A model generated the notes under the pieces. That model did no database searches, was not told the DNA's origin, and saw only the letters and a list, made by a program, of their open reading frames with translations. Shown here piece by piece: positions 12,608-28,360 of a DNA stretch of 64,000 nt. The position numbers and the translations under genes are program-made. Each line of letters opens with the position of its first letter. Position 1 is the stretch's first letter. This stretch comes from the human T2T-CHM13v2.0 reference genome, Homo sapiens, in assembly GCF_009914755.1 (NCBI RefSeq), contig NC_060929.1. One strand, 5' to 3'.

Positions 12608-13180
12608 TTTAACTGCGGATCCGCCGCCGGCGCGCGCACCCGCGACTCTGCTCGGAGCCGCAGGAGCGCGCGGCCCGTTCCGGCAGGGGGCGGAGCCAGT
12701 TGCGGTGGCGCGCTCGTGGCGGGGACGCCGGCACCCGGCTGCTCACCCGGGACGGCCGTCACACCGGCGCTACGGGAAGAAGCCGGCCGGCTAGGGCACG
12801 GAGCTCTGGGCTTGCGGGGTGCGGCGCACGCCCCTCCCTCCCACCGCCTAAGGTTTTTCCGAAGCTGCTGGGCGTGCGCCGCGTTTCTGAGGCGGGAGGA
12901 GACACTTCCGAGCCAGCTGTGTGACATCCGTTTACACAGCCGCGCTGACGTCTCGAGGTGTAAGTTCAAGAGCTGCCATTGGCCGGGAGCCGCTGGGCTC
13001 TTCCCCTCACCTTCCACCCCTGTCACCACCCCTGACTCGGAAACCGAGGCCACTTCGAAGCCGCGAGGCGGGTTCCGCCGGAAGGGCCAGTGTGGGCGCT
13101 GACCGCGCTTCGGGCAGAGTGGCAGATGCGGCCCCTGGGTGATGCGCACCGAAGTCATGTGAGGGGTTGATTGGTTGTGC
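12600..13180 (-). promoter_or_regulatory. TATA-less core/proximal promoter motifs
   Basis: YY1-like CCATTTT 12604-12610; GC box GGGGGCGGAG 12686-12695; ETS site ACTTCCG 12904-12910; CRE-like TGACGTC 12946-12952; CCAAT boxes (ATTGG) 12978-12982 and 13170-13174. Motif matches only. Confidence 0.65.
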
Positions 13181-14349
13181 GGCACCACTGTTTACCCACT
13201 TGTGTTTTCTTAATTGTTGCGTACTACTGCCTTTCCACAACTTTATTTCAGAATGAAAGCATATATCAAATTACCTGTGCACAGCAGAAAGATAACAGCT
13301 TCCCCACCCAGTGAGCCATTCAACACCCAGGCTACAAACTGTAGATCACTTTATTGTCTGCACCCTCGGAATCCTGTCTAGCCGTCTGTTGTATATTTTA
13401 AACATGACGGTGCAGTGCCTGCTATATGACAAACGTTGGTGATCCAGATGAGAAAGAGGAAACAGCTATGCAGGCAGTCCTTTAGAAGGTTTGACTATAT
13501 CGAGGCTAAAGAGCTAGGGCAGCTGCTAGAGCGGTACCTGGTGCGGAGAGGTTAGCTTTCACAAGCGAAAAATTAGAGGAGGCAAATACCATGGGAATGA
13601 GCCACTCTAGTGAGAGAAATAAGAGGAGAAGGTGGAATGGAGAGTGCTTTAGGAAGGATACTTTCTTCATTGTGATTACAGAGAATGAGGAAAGGTAGAT
13701 AAAGGACGGATACAGAGAGGTGGATGTTTCTAGCAGGAAGGTGAAAGAGTTCCTTTCTGTTGGTTTCTGTTTTGCTTCAGATAGAGCTTGGTTACCTGCT
13801 GAAGGGTGGAAGAGAAGTGGCAGGTGTTTAAAAAAAAATCTGCTAAGGATAACTTGAGAGAGCTGACTGAGGAAGAAGTATTGCAATATTCAAGGCCCAG
13901 TGGCTTGGAGAAGACCACTGTTGGAACCTACATTGCTATTCCCACTATAGTGGCCAGCCCCACCCAGCCTGCTCTCAAACATGCTGTCAAACAATTGTTA
14001 ATTCTGGCCTTTTTGTCAGAAATGACCAATCTTAAGTCTGTCACATTCAGGGATCCTTTCAGAGCCTAATGACAGTTATGTGGAATTCTAGAAGCAAATA
14101 TTTGTCAAAAGATTTCACAGACATACACGCTATTCACTATCAAATGCATTGCCTGAACGACATTTACGTACACATATAATCCACATAACTTTCATCCATT
14201 TGCCTGTAGGAGAATCTTCCAGGGCCCCAGAGCAGTGCTTGAGGACTTATTACAGATCCTTTGACATCTCTACTAGGCTGCACTTTCACAAAAGGCAAGA
14301 GTATTATAAAGTGTTTTGTAACTTTATGTCAAAAATATGAACCTGTCAG

Positions 14350-14500
14350 AGCCAGATGTGGTGGTACCTATCATTCAAACTACAACAGGGCTGGTGAGGC
14401 GTGAGGATCGCTTAAGCCCAGCTTGTTATGATTATGCATGTGAATAGCCACCGTAGTCCATCTTGAGCAGCGTAGCGAAACACAGTCTCTTAAAAAAAAT
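14350..14500 (+). mobile_element. FAM (fossil Alu monomer, 7SL-derived)
   Basis: Monomer retaining the 7SL-like tgtgaatagccac segment and an A-tail. Confidence 0.65.
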
Positions 14501-15526
14501 TGCGACCTATACATTTCATATAAGTTAAATACACATCTTCCCTATGAGCCAGCAATCCCACATCTAGGTATTTATCCAGAGAAATAAAAGCATATATCGA
14601 TAAAAAGACATGTACAAAAATGTCCGTAACAACTTTATTCATGGTCACCAAAAACTATAAACTGCCCAGATGTCCATCAGTGGGAGAACGGATTAATAAA
14701 CTGATATATTCATCTAATTAAATACTACTCAGCAACACAAGAGAAAAAGCATGGATGAATCTCAAAAACTTAGGATGTTTTATGCTTTCTGGATACGGGG
14801 CCCTCGAATCGCTACCTGGTAACAGGCTCCCTATGTGATTCCTGTACAGACAGCCTGGCACCATGCAAATGTATCAGAACTACACATACCATCCAACTTC
14901 AACTTCTTGTTTTTAGAGATGAAGCAACTGACTCTGAGAGTTCTGAAGTCGTTGCTAAAATTTACAATATTTGTTTCCTTACTCCCAGTTCCTAAACCAT
15001 TCAACCACAAGCAAATTGTCTTTGGTCTACCTATTGGACTCTGTGCTGACAAAAGATACTTGTTTTTTTATAATTTAGATATTTTGCATGTCTGTTCTCA
15101 TCACCCACCATCATCACACCACTAGTTCTCCCCAGAAAAAATTTCAGATTCTTTGAGGCTTAGGATTATCTCTAACCCTTCTTTTTATTTCTTTACCACA
15201 GCAAATAGCAGAGAGAGTCTTGTATAGTTCATCAGTGATTAAATAAGCTACTACTATTATCAGGAGAGCTGTAATGAGTTTTGGAACTCAGTACCCTAAA
15301 TAATAATACTAATGTTGTAAATGTTAAAGATACAGAATTATGAATAAGAGTCATAAATTAGAATTATAGAGACAGTTGTAGCAGCTGATGGCTTTGCTAG
15401 TTGGGGGGCAGAGAGGGTGGAGTTGCAGTGGAAACCAACTCCGGACAGCCAGGAGCTGGACTGGCACTATTAGCTAGGCATTTGTGGTACTGGCAGCTGT
15501 CCTGGCATTCTCAGTTCTCATTGTTT

Positions 15527-16019
15527 TGTCAAATATAAACAGTCCCACAAAACATCAACATCAGTTATAGTCACTTTATGACTACAATAGGCAAGACAAA
15601 AATAAGACCCCTCCACAATCATGTCTGAACACAGCAAATACAAGAACAGTCTCTAAACCACAAAAATGACCAAACATTCTGGTTAATATAAGTGACCACT
15701 GTTTCTTGGCCAATTACAGGCTTAGCCTTGATCCATTCTTCCTGCCTTCTAGATAGCAAATATTAAAATATTAAGTTATAGGATCACCTGTTTCCTGCCA
15801 GCATCCAATCCAGAGCAAAACCTTGACACTTCCCCAAAATCACCTAACAACACACTCATTCCTGTAATGTTTTTCACAATACCAATACCTTCTTACTGAG
15901 AGTGCTCCTGCCCAACTTCGCTCCTCATTGCTCTCTGCCTCCCTGCAACAAGACATTAAACCCACCTTGGTTTGAATCTAGTTGTTTTCCTGCTGCTCTT
16001 TAGCTAGAGGGCATTAGCA
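15527..16019 (+). mobile_element. ERV1-class solo LTR (family unassigned)
   Basis: TG...CA ends, attaaa poly(A) signal near the 3' end, LTR-like composition. Confidence 0.5.
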
Positions 16020-16303
16020 TTTGTTATTATCAAATGTCACCAACCTATCTAAAGTTAATCCCTCCTTTGCCCTTTCCTCTTACCGTTTTTATTTTCTTTA
16101 TAGCTCATTATCACATTTTTAAAAATTGTTGGTTTGTTCAATTAGAACACAGGCTCCATGAGGACAGGGATTTTGTTCAGTTTTTGGGAAGATAATCAGG
16201 CTACTGTGTGGAATAAGGACTAGAGGAGAAGCAACCTCTTAGAAGGAAGACCAGTTAAAGTTGTTCAAAGGGTCCATAGAGAAGCCTTAAAAGTATGAAT
16301 TTA

Positions 16304-16649
<346 letters not shown>

Positions 16650-17621
16650 TTATTGAGAAACATTTCTGATGTGGAGTTGTCAGGATTTAATTCTGAATTG
16701 GATAGAGGGAAGGGAATGATGAATATAGGGAGAAAACCCCCAAATTGCTTGTTCTTATGATTTATTTCAATGAATAACTTATGGTGAAATAATGGATTCT
16801 ATAACGTAAAATAGTTACATATTTGAATAATATTCCAACCTGAGGTAGATTTGAGTTATGGCATACTGAGATTCACACTGAAAACCAGTATATAAATTTA
16901 AAATGTGGCAAAAAGGTAAAAAGAAAAGTTTTTTCTTCTTTGCTAACATAGGTTATACTAAATTTGAAATTCACATTTGCTTATAAAAAGACAGCCTTGT
17001 GTAAAAGGTTTTCATGCTGCTTGAAGTTGGGTAATGGTGGTTGTGGTAAATAGCTAAAACATCCTATAGCACCAGTGACGCACAAGGAGAACAAAGTTCA
17101 CATGCCATTGATCCCAGTAATTGTGGTAAATGTGACAGATGGCCTAGAAAGACATTGTCTGATGCATCTTAAAATCATGGAACACCCAGGTGTTCAGTAG
17201 ATTTAATTCCATATTATATTGTGTTTTTGCTGAAATACTCAAGGCCAAAGATGATAGTGAAAAACAAGTTTCCAGAGAATTCCCTTCAGGACAATCTATA
17301 TTCCTGAGTAATTTGTTTCAGACATGATATGAAAGTTCAGCTGCTGCCTGGCCTGTTCTTCCCTAAGCTCTTCTCTTGACTGATTCATTCTGAGTTTCCA
17401 GATGATATCAGCCCTAATATCACCTCCTGTCATGAGAGCTCTTCCCCAGTCACTCTGTTACACTCCCCTGTTCATTTCCTTCACAGCAGTTACCACGGTC
17501 CGCAGTTGTGGTATTTCTGTGTTATTTGACTATCATTCCCATCAGAATTAATTCCTACTTTGTTTCCTCTCAAATTGCCAGCACCTAAATTTGTTAATCA
17601 ACTGAATTTTAAAGGCAGATT

Positions 17622-17894
17622 TTCGGAGTCTGAGACAGGAGGAACACTTAAGTCCAGGAGTTCGAGACCAGCTTGGGCAACATAGGGAGACCTTATCTTT
17701 ACGAAAAATTTAAAAATTAGCCGGACATGTTAGCTCACACCTATACTCCCAGCTAATCTAGAGGCTGAGGCGGAAGGGTAGCTTGAGCCCGGGAGGTCAA
17801 GGCCACAGTGAGCCATGATCTTGCACCACTGCGCTCCAGAACCTGGGCGACAGCGTGAGAGACACCCTGTCTCAAAAAGAACCAAATAAATAAG
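17622..17894 (+). mobile_element. AluJ, 5' truncated
   Basis: TSD taaaggcagatt on both sides. Confidence 0.9.
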
Positions 17895-17912
17895 TAAAGG
17901 CAGATTATCCTA

Positions 17913-18273
<361 letters not shown>

Positions 18274-19078
18274 TCAGGGAGATTGAAAGCAACAGCAGAT
18301 GCTTTTCTTTTAGCCGTGAAGAAGTAAAGTTTCATGTTATAGTGAGACCTATATGGCAGAAAATGGCAAGTGGCCTCTAAGAACTGAGAGTAGCCCCTAG
18401 CTGATGGTCAGCAAGAAAGCAGGCCTTCCTTCCTACAGGATTCTTAATTCTGCCAACAACCACATGAGTTTGGAAGAATACCCAGAACTACAGAAGGGAG
18501 CACAGCTTGGCTGACACCTTGATTTCAGCCTGGTGAGAACCTGAGCAGAGAACCCAGCTGAGCCCATGCCAGGACTTCTGACTTACAGAACTACGAGATA
18601 ATAAATATGTTATTTTAAGTCACTTCATTTCTGGTAATTCGTTTTTGCATCAAATGCAAATGTTTTTGCATGGAATAAAGTGTGTATTCAAATACAGTCA
18701 TATGGATACCAAAACTTGATGTAGTTTTAATAGCAGAAACCAAATGATCAATTATCCATAACTTCAAAGATTAATTCAACCTCATGAAAAGAAACAACTA
18801 ATCAGAAGTTAATACCTGCACAGACTATTTGTTGTTCTCCCACTTTTGCATAAATTAGATAATGGAGACAAAGATATGGGCTTATTTCTTTTGCTTAAGA
18901 CTCACATATTTATCTTTTCCTTAGATGGAATTAGTGTAACACAAAGATGTTCCACTATTTATATTCCTTCAATTCTGTGTGTGTCTATATTCTATAATTA
19001 GTATTTTCTCATTTTCAACTGACAGAAATAGTGCTTATAGAAAAAAGAATTAAATTACATGTGTCTCCCTAACATTAA

Positions 19079-19406
<328 letters not shown>

Positions 19407-19424
19407 TTCTCCCAAATGTAATAA

Positions 19425-19757
<333 letters not shown>

Positions 19758-20578
19758 TAAATGGTTACATACTTGGATGCAATAGCCAGATAATTAAATC
19801 TACTTTTAGTGACTCAGAAATGACAAGTCACCTTCAAAACTCCATGTGTTCAGAATTTGTTGTATTACTGTAATAACGAAATGTCTACATCCCAAACTTG
19901 CGTGCTCTACCCTGAGTCTGATGAGTAGCAGGTTGCCCTTTCCTATTTCGTTCCCTATATCTGGAGGTAAAATTATTATAACGAGAATCCAGAAACTGGA
20001 GGGATGGAAATAACCATTTAAGTTATATGTAATCCCTCCTGAGGCAGGTGGGCAACAGAGGAAGGGTGGCAGGAGTAGTGAGGCAGAGATCACTCTCATC
20101 AGAGCCACTGCAGGTGGCTCTCACCTATCTAATATATCTGATACTGCTGGGTTTAGAAATTCCTAGATTTTTTTTTTTTTTTTTTTTTTTGTTCCTGAGG
20201 AAAGTAATGAAGCATTGGTTTTTGTCACCACTCAGGGAGTGGATAATTTTCTTCTCTGTAGCCTCATAAATTACATAAACTCCCTTAAACTTCTGGCAGG
20301 ACACTTTATCAACATATCACCAGTGCTATATTGAGTGAGCTTAGGTTTTGATTCTGTTCTACCTGCTTTTTAGTTATATGTTATTGTTTGTTTATCATGT
20401 TTAAGTTATTGTGTGTTCAGTCATACCTACAGTATGTTGTGATGCAAATGGATCAACCATACTTAGGGCCCATTATTTAGGGTCCATTATTTCGTACTAA
20501 CTACATGTTAAGTAAGCTAAGGGGACAGGTATTTTAAAATACTATCTATACTCAATTGTTAAAACAGATAAAACATCT

Positions 20579-20878
<300 letters not shown>

Positions 20879-21104
20879 TAGTATCCTGAAATTTGTTTGT
20901 TCAGCAACACTTGTCATTGAGTCACCTCTCCCATTCTCAGTTGAAAAATGGGAATGAGTAAAATTTGGGTGTAAGGATCTTTTGCTCCCTCCAGGGCAAT
21001 TCATTTTATAAGCTTGAGAACCATTATCATGGGTAGTATGCTGTCCTTGCTAACTTCTTTTCTTTCAAAACTGCTTTATATCTTCATTTAAGTCTTACTT
21101 TGGA

Positions 21105-21134
21105 AGAGAGCGAGAGAGAGAGAGAGAGAGAGAG

Positions 21135-21177
<43 letters not shown>
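21105..21177. repeat. Compound (GA)n(GT)n microsatellite
   Basis: Directly visible. Confidence 0.95.
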
Positions 21178-21181
<4 letters not shown>

Positions 21182-22439
21182 CTTGGGGAGGATACTAAGG
21201 CAGGAACTCTTCCAAATTCCCATTGTTTTGCCAATGATTTTCCCTGGCAAATCAATATATTTCCTGCCTGTTGTCTTCAACATTTGTAAAAATTGACATC
21301 TCTAAACTTTAATGCATTGGGTCCAGTTTGAATAATTTGAATCTTTATTGCACTACAAATCAAAGATGTTCACTGCTGAATTATCAATAGGTAACATAAC
21401 TGCAGATTAGTGGTAGGTGCTGTTTTCATGTGCTGTGGATCCATAGGACCTCTATTTAAAAAATTAATATAGCTGTTTTCCATGTCAGCCATGAAATGGT
21501 AAGTAATATCCTCCCCATCTTTCTTATAAATTAAAAAAAGCGGAAAATTTACTTTGGAGGTCTTAAGAGGACTAAAGTGTGTCAGAATCTTCACTGAAAA
21601 AATTTTGTAAAGCATATACTCATTGGAAAATGACAAGAATCCATAAAGAACTGCGAGAAAATGTGTTATTTCTAAAGGAAGTTAATTCTAAGGGAAGTTA
21701 ACCCCAAAACCTACTTTAAATTGCATTGCCTGTTTCATACTGTTTCATCTACTTTCATTACCTACCAGCTTTCTCTCACCCCTGAAATGTCCCATTTCTG
21801 ACTGTGCCTTTATATTTTTATCTACACCTCAACAATACTGAAATATGCATCATAGTTTTTTCTTATGGATATAGTTTTGGGGTGTAGTCTGTGAAGAAAA
21901 TTAATCCTTTTCAGGCACATTAAAGGGAATATTTGCTAAGATCAAGTTGGAAAATATTTACTCTGAAAAGAAATTTTGAAGGGAGGGTTTATGGGGAAAA
22001 GAACAGTTTCTGGAATAATACGTGAGCATGGAATATATTTTCTGAAAAGCCACCATTTTTTAGACTGTGTGAGGTATTCGTATGTGTATATGTATGAAAG
22101 AGAAAGTGAGAGTGGCAGAAATAGAGCTCATCATTTCTGCTACCATCAATAATAATTTTCAAGGAATTCCAGATGATTCCTAACTAACTCTTTCTCTTCC
22201 TTTGGTAGTGAAACCATAATCCACACAAGTTAAAAAAAATCAGTGTTAGGAAAATTCTGTCAGCCTTCTGAGTAGACTGAGACATGCATTGGGGCTTGGT
22301 TATATTTTCTCAGCCAAAAGAGAGAAGGCTTGAAAGGGGGAAACAAAGACAATGGAGAAATGACTTTAATATTTCACTGGGGTAGAGTCGTTCTAATAGC
22401 AGTCAGCTTAAAAACTATCCCTTCCTGACCTAGAAACAT

Positions 22440-23640
22440 AGAGTTCAACATAATTGTTCATGAGAGTAGTACAAATTAAAGCCATAATGAGACACCATCA
22501 CACAACTATTTAGAATGGCGAAATGAAAGACTGACATAGCAAGTGTTGGCAAGAATGTGGAACAACTAAAAATCTCATAGGCTGGCTTTGAACTCCTGGC
22601 CTCAAGTGATCCTTCTGCCTCATCCCCACAAGGTACTGGGTTATAGGCATGAGCCACCATACCCAGCCAGGCTCATATACTGATGATGGAAATGTAGAAT
22701 GGTACAGCCACTTGGGAAAACATGTTGCTGGTTTCTTATACAAGTTAACATACAGTTACAATATGATTCCCCAATCTCAATTCTAGCTGTTTACCAATGA
22801 GAAATGAAAACATGTTTACACAAAAGCCTGTATACAAGTATTTATGGAGGTTTTATCCACAATTGTCAAAACCTGAATACCAAAAATTTTTCCACTTATA
22901 AATGGATAAACAAATTTTGGTACATCCACACAATGGATAAATCTCAAACAAATATGGAAAGTAAAAACTCAGATTCAAAAGGCTACATACTGTATGATTC
23001 CCTTTATATGACTTTCCTAAAAAGGCAAAACTGTAGGGATAAAAAATAAAGCAGTGGTTGCGAGAATCTTGCAGAAGAGGAAAGTGTTTATGACAAAGAG
23101 GCACAATGGAACTTTTTGGGGAGCTAGAAATGTTCTTTATCTCGATTGTGATGGTTACATCACCGAATGTATTTGTAAAAACACATAAAAGTATACACTA
23201 AAAAAGATGAATTTTACACTACATAAATGATACTTCAATAAACCTGACTTTAAAGGATTATAGAACAAAAATTTAGAAGATATCAAAAATTCAGAGTCAT
23301 GAAAGAAAAGTAGGGTATCTCAACTAGATCTAAAGAGACGACAGAAACAAAAATAACCAAATGAAATATATGAGCGTGGAATATATTCTGGTCTGAAATA
23401 ATCCAATAAAACCACTAATAAAATTGTGTTTATACAATTGGGAATATTTCAATATGGCCTGCATTTAGATATTATATAATTAATGTTAATTTTCTTAGGC
23501 ATTAAAAGTATATGATGATTACATAGAATGCCTTTTTTTTTTTTTGTTAGGAGACACATACTGAAATATTTAAGGTGAAACAGTATTTACAACTTTCTTT
23601 CAAATGATTCTGCAAAATAAAAGCAAGAGGGAACATAAGG
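22440..23640 (+). mobile_element. L1M(E) 3' fragments with a reverse Alu monomer fragment at ~22580-22670
   Basis: aagtgttggcaagaatgtggaacaact, ggtacagccacttgggaaa and tactgtatgattccctttatatga L1M 3' motifs. Confidence 0.75.
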
Positions 23641-23649
23641 TATGCTGAT

Positions 23650-24184
23650 TGTATTAGGGTTCTCTAAAGAGACAGAATTAATAGGATATATGTATATATG
23701 AAGGGGAGTTTATTAGGAGACGATCACAAGGTGAAGTCCCACAATAGGCCATCTATGAGCTGAGGAGCAAGAAAGCCGGTCCAAGTCTCAAAACCTCAGA
23801 AGCAGGGAAGCCGACAGTGCAGCCTTAAGTCTGTGGCCAAAGGCCCAAGAGCCCCTGGAAAATCACTGGTGTAAGTCCAAGAGTCCAAAAGCTGAAGAAC
23901 TTGGAGTCTGATGTTCAAGTGCAGGAAGCATTCAGCACGGGAGGAGAAAGATGGAAGCTGGAAAATTCAGCAAGTCTGCTCTTCCACTTTCTTCTGCCTG
24001 CTTTATTCTAGCCGTGTTGGTAGCTGATTAGGTGATGCCCACCCAGATTTAGGGTAGGTCTGCCTCTTCCAGTCCACTGACTCAAATGTTAATCTCCTTT
24101 GGCAACACCCTCACGGATACACCCACGATCAATACTTTGCATCCTTCAATCCAATCAAGTTGACACTCAATATTAACCATTACA
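23650..24184 (-). mobile_element. MLT2A (HERV-L) solo LTR
   Basis: Minus strand begins TGTAATGGTTAATATTGAGTGTCAACTTGATTGGATTGAAGG; perfect 5-bp TSD CTGAT (23645-23649 / 24185-24189). Confidence 0.9.
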
Positions 24185-24565
24185 CTGATCATTATTGAAA
24201 TGAGGTGAATAATCTGTGGGCACACATTGCATTAAGCAGACAATGTCTTTTAAGTTATAACACTGATCTGAACTATCACCTTTATTATATACCAAATTTG
24301 GACGTATATTTTTGGAAAATGTTATTTTGTTCCATTCATCATTTAGTTCCTATGCCAATACTATCCTGTTTTAGTTATTAGAATTTTATAATGTTTTTAT
24401 ATCTGATAGATCAAGTCATTATTTATATGTTTCCAAAATATTCAGGGTTCATCTAATCAATTTAGACTCTCAGATGAATATCAGAATCATTTTGTCAGTG
24501 TCTCATTTGACCTTTGATTAGTATTAAATTAGATTTATAAATTAATTTGTAGAAAATTAACATAG

Positions 24566-24871
<306 letters not shown>

Positions 24872-25105
24872 TAAATAGTAATATTTCTTTAAGAAACGTG
24901 ATATACTTCTACATTTACTCAAAGCTTTATGTTCCTTAGTAAAGTATTGCATTTTCCTGGACATTTAAAAATATTTCTCATTACTTCATAGCATTTGTAC
25001 TACTGGAAATTGGTGCTTTTCCTAGTATATTGTTTAGTTAGTGTAATTACTGCTATGTAGGAATGTAGTGCTTGTTGTATAAGTATTTTGTTACAAACCA
25101 CTTTA

Positions 25106-25243
25106 GCTGGGCATGTTGGCTCACACCTGTAATCCCAGCACTTTGGAAGGTTGAGGCAGGAGGACCGCTTGAGGCCAGGAGTTTGAAAACAGCCTGGGCA
25201 ACATAGCAAGATGCCAATCTCAAAAAAAAAAAAAAAAAAAAAA
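25106..25243 (+). mobile_element. FLAM / Alu left monomer
   Basis: Single arm with a long A-tail. Confidence 0.85.
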
Positions 25244-26008
25244 AGCCACGTGAATGAATTTGCTTATTAGCTCTTATATCTTTTGAATTAAAATTTTCTT
25301 AGGTGGGAAATCATCCAATCTTCTAGTCTGACTCATTTTTCTACATAAACTTTCATAAATAAAGTTTCATAAAAAAGAAACTTTCATTTCTTTTTCTTAA
25401 TCTTACTCATTTGCATAATGAGTGAGATCAAATAATAGTGAGGAAAGAAGCAAAGGTGCCATGTACCTGAAATATAAAAACTAATGATTCTAGTGCTTCC
25501 CAAATTAAGTGTGATTTTGGCTATTTGAGATAAATATTATTTTTCTTGCATTCCTATTTTTGTACTTTTTAAACAACCAGCAGTGGAAATTGGATACAAT
25601 TTCATTATTTTGGGGGCATTTATATTAATAATTATACATTTTTTAATCTTTGCCCTACTGATGTGATAAATTACATCAACAGATTTCTAATTAGTAAGCC
25701 ATCCTCACATTATTATAATAAACTTTATGTGATCATATTGTATTATTTGAATATTTTACTAGTTATTTTGTTTATAGTTTTTTTTAGATTTTTGAATCTG
25801 TGTGAGTTGAATTGGTTATTACTTTTTTGGCTTAAAAATAAGATTTCTCATTTTGACTTAGAAGCTGAAGTTTTTGTTCTATTTCACATGCTAATTAGTA
25901 TTTTATTATTTTTCATAGAAAATAAAAAATTGCTTCCTAAGCAATGCCGGGAAGCTATAATTTTAAAGAGGGGAGTAATGGATTTGATTGTATTTAAAAA
26001 ATTAAACA

Positions 26009-26261
26009 TTTTTGTTTTTTTGAGACAATGTCTCACCCTGTTGCCCAGGCTGGAATGCAGTGGCACTATCATGGCTAACTGTAGCCTCCACCTCCTGCAC
26101 TCAAGCAAGCCTCCTGACTCAGCCTCCTGAGTAGCTGGGACCCCAGGTGCACACCACCATACCCAACTAATTTCTGGTCTTGAACTCCTGGACTCGAAGG
26201 ATCCTCCCACCTTGGCCTCCCAAAGTGCTGGAATTACAGGCATGGGCCACTTCGCCCAGCC
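26009..26261 (-). mobile_element. AluJ with internal deletion
   Basis: Middle/left-arm segment missing after ctaatttc. Confidence 0.85.
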
Positions 26262-26299
26262 ACATTTGTGCATAGCTAGTGACACATATGAACAAACTC

Positions 26300-27230
26300 A
26301 AAAGACTGGGAGAAAATGGATGTTTTACATGGAATAAAGAGTTAATAGAGATATTTAGATATTTGATATTTAAAGGGCTTCTAGAAATTAATAAAAAATT
26401 TAAAAGCAACATAAAATGGGAAAATGGGCAAAAATATGAAAAGGAATATTTGAAGAAAAACATAAAAATAAATACATTAAAATGTGTTCAACTTCATTAT
26501 TGGTCAGGAAAATGCAAATTTCTGTAACAGTGAGATGCCATTTCCCTCATCACATTGTCAAAACTTAAAAGATTAATACAATCCAGTGTTGGTGAGCGTG
26601 TGGAAACTGCTATTCTCTGATATTCTTCAAGAGTATTTGGGAGGAATAATAACTTCTACAGTCTTTTGAAAAAGCAAATTGGAAAAATCTATTAAAATAA
26701 AATAGGCCTATATGGTTTTTCCCAGAATTTATCTTAAAGAAATGATAGTACAAGAATATTCAGATATAAATGTAAAGATATCCATTGAAACATCTTTCTT
26801 TTTTTTTGCGATGGCAATGTACTAAAACAAATGACCATTAGTAGGAAAATGGTTGAATAAACTATGATCTGCCACTACAAAAAATATTGAATAACTCTTA
26901 AAACTAATGAATAATAATCTTCTTATTCTGACCAAAAAGAAGCCCATAGTAAATGGCTATGAGTAAAAGGAAAATTATAGACAAATATGTATTGCACGAT
27001 TCTAGGTTTTAAAAATCTATGTGTGATTAGTACATATAGTTCTATCTTTATAAACTCCTGTGTATCTTCATATACTTCGTAATGTTATGAAGTATATTGG
27101 CGTTAATATACTTCATATCATTAATAGTGGCACCCACTGGCAAATGAGGCAGGGGGGCAGGACTGGAAGAACCCAAGTGGAAATTTCTTTTAGCACTCTA
27201 TAATTAATACTTTATATTACTTTAAAATGC
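26300..27230 (+). mobile_element. L1ME 3' region
   Basis: aaatgggcaaaaatatgaa...gaaaatgcaaatt...agtgttggtgagcgtgtgg motifs. Confidence 0.7.
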
Positions 27231-27556
27231 TAAAAGTGTTTTGGATGATTCCTATATTTCTTGTGGTGAAAGACTCAAGGAAAGCAGAAAAAAGATCATC
27301 TAAAACATTATTTTTTATCTTTAGAGTCTTATCTGCAAACTGAGACCAAAATTACTTCCAAAAGACTTTTGGCCCTTTCTAAAATCGGATCCTCCTTAAA
27401 CGGATGAATATTACACTGAGGTATTCAGAATAGTGTACTTGTATATTTGAAGGCAATTCCAAAGAATTTTGAGAAACATTTTCAGTAACAACAGCATCAT
27501 TGAATAAGTACATACATTCCATACATGATCTAGTTCCCAGTAAAATAGTAGAATAA

Positions 27557-27903
<347 letters not shown>

Positions 27904-27922
27904 AGTTGTCTTGTAGTCATAA

Positions 27923-28360
<438 letters not shown>

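Larger units (their letters stand above)
11130..13190. promoter_or_regulatory. CpG island covering FBXL17 exon 1, 5' leader and promoter
   Basis: Abrupt switch to very high GC with abundant CpG against an AT-rich, CpG-depleted background. Confidence 0.95.

Noticed and set aside
12955-12966. Plus-strand GTAAGT as the donor of a divergent lncRNA
   Set aside because: A hexamer alone, with poor exonic context, cannot support a transcript; needs RNA data.
11068-13240. Many long overlapping ORFs on both strands (407, 282, 273, 235, 207 aa and others)
   Set aside because: Stop-poor shadow frames of a GC-rich CpG island; low-complexity R/G/P/A translations with no recognisable domain.
14350-14500. 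7SL RNA gene
   Set aside because: Short, heavily diverged and lacking the S domain; a fossil Alu monomer.
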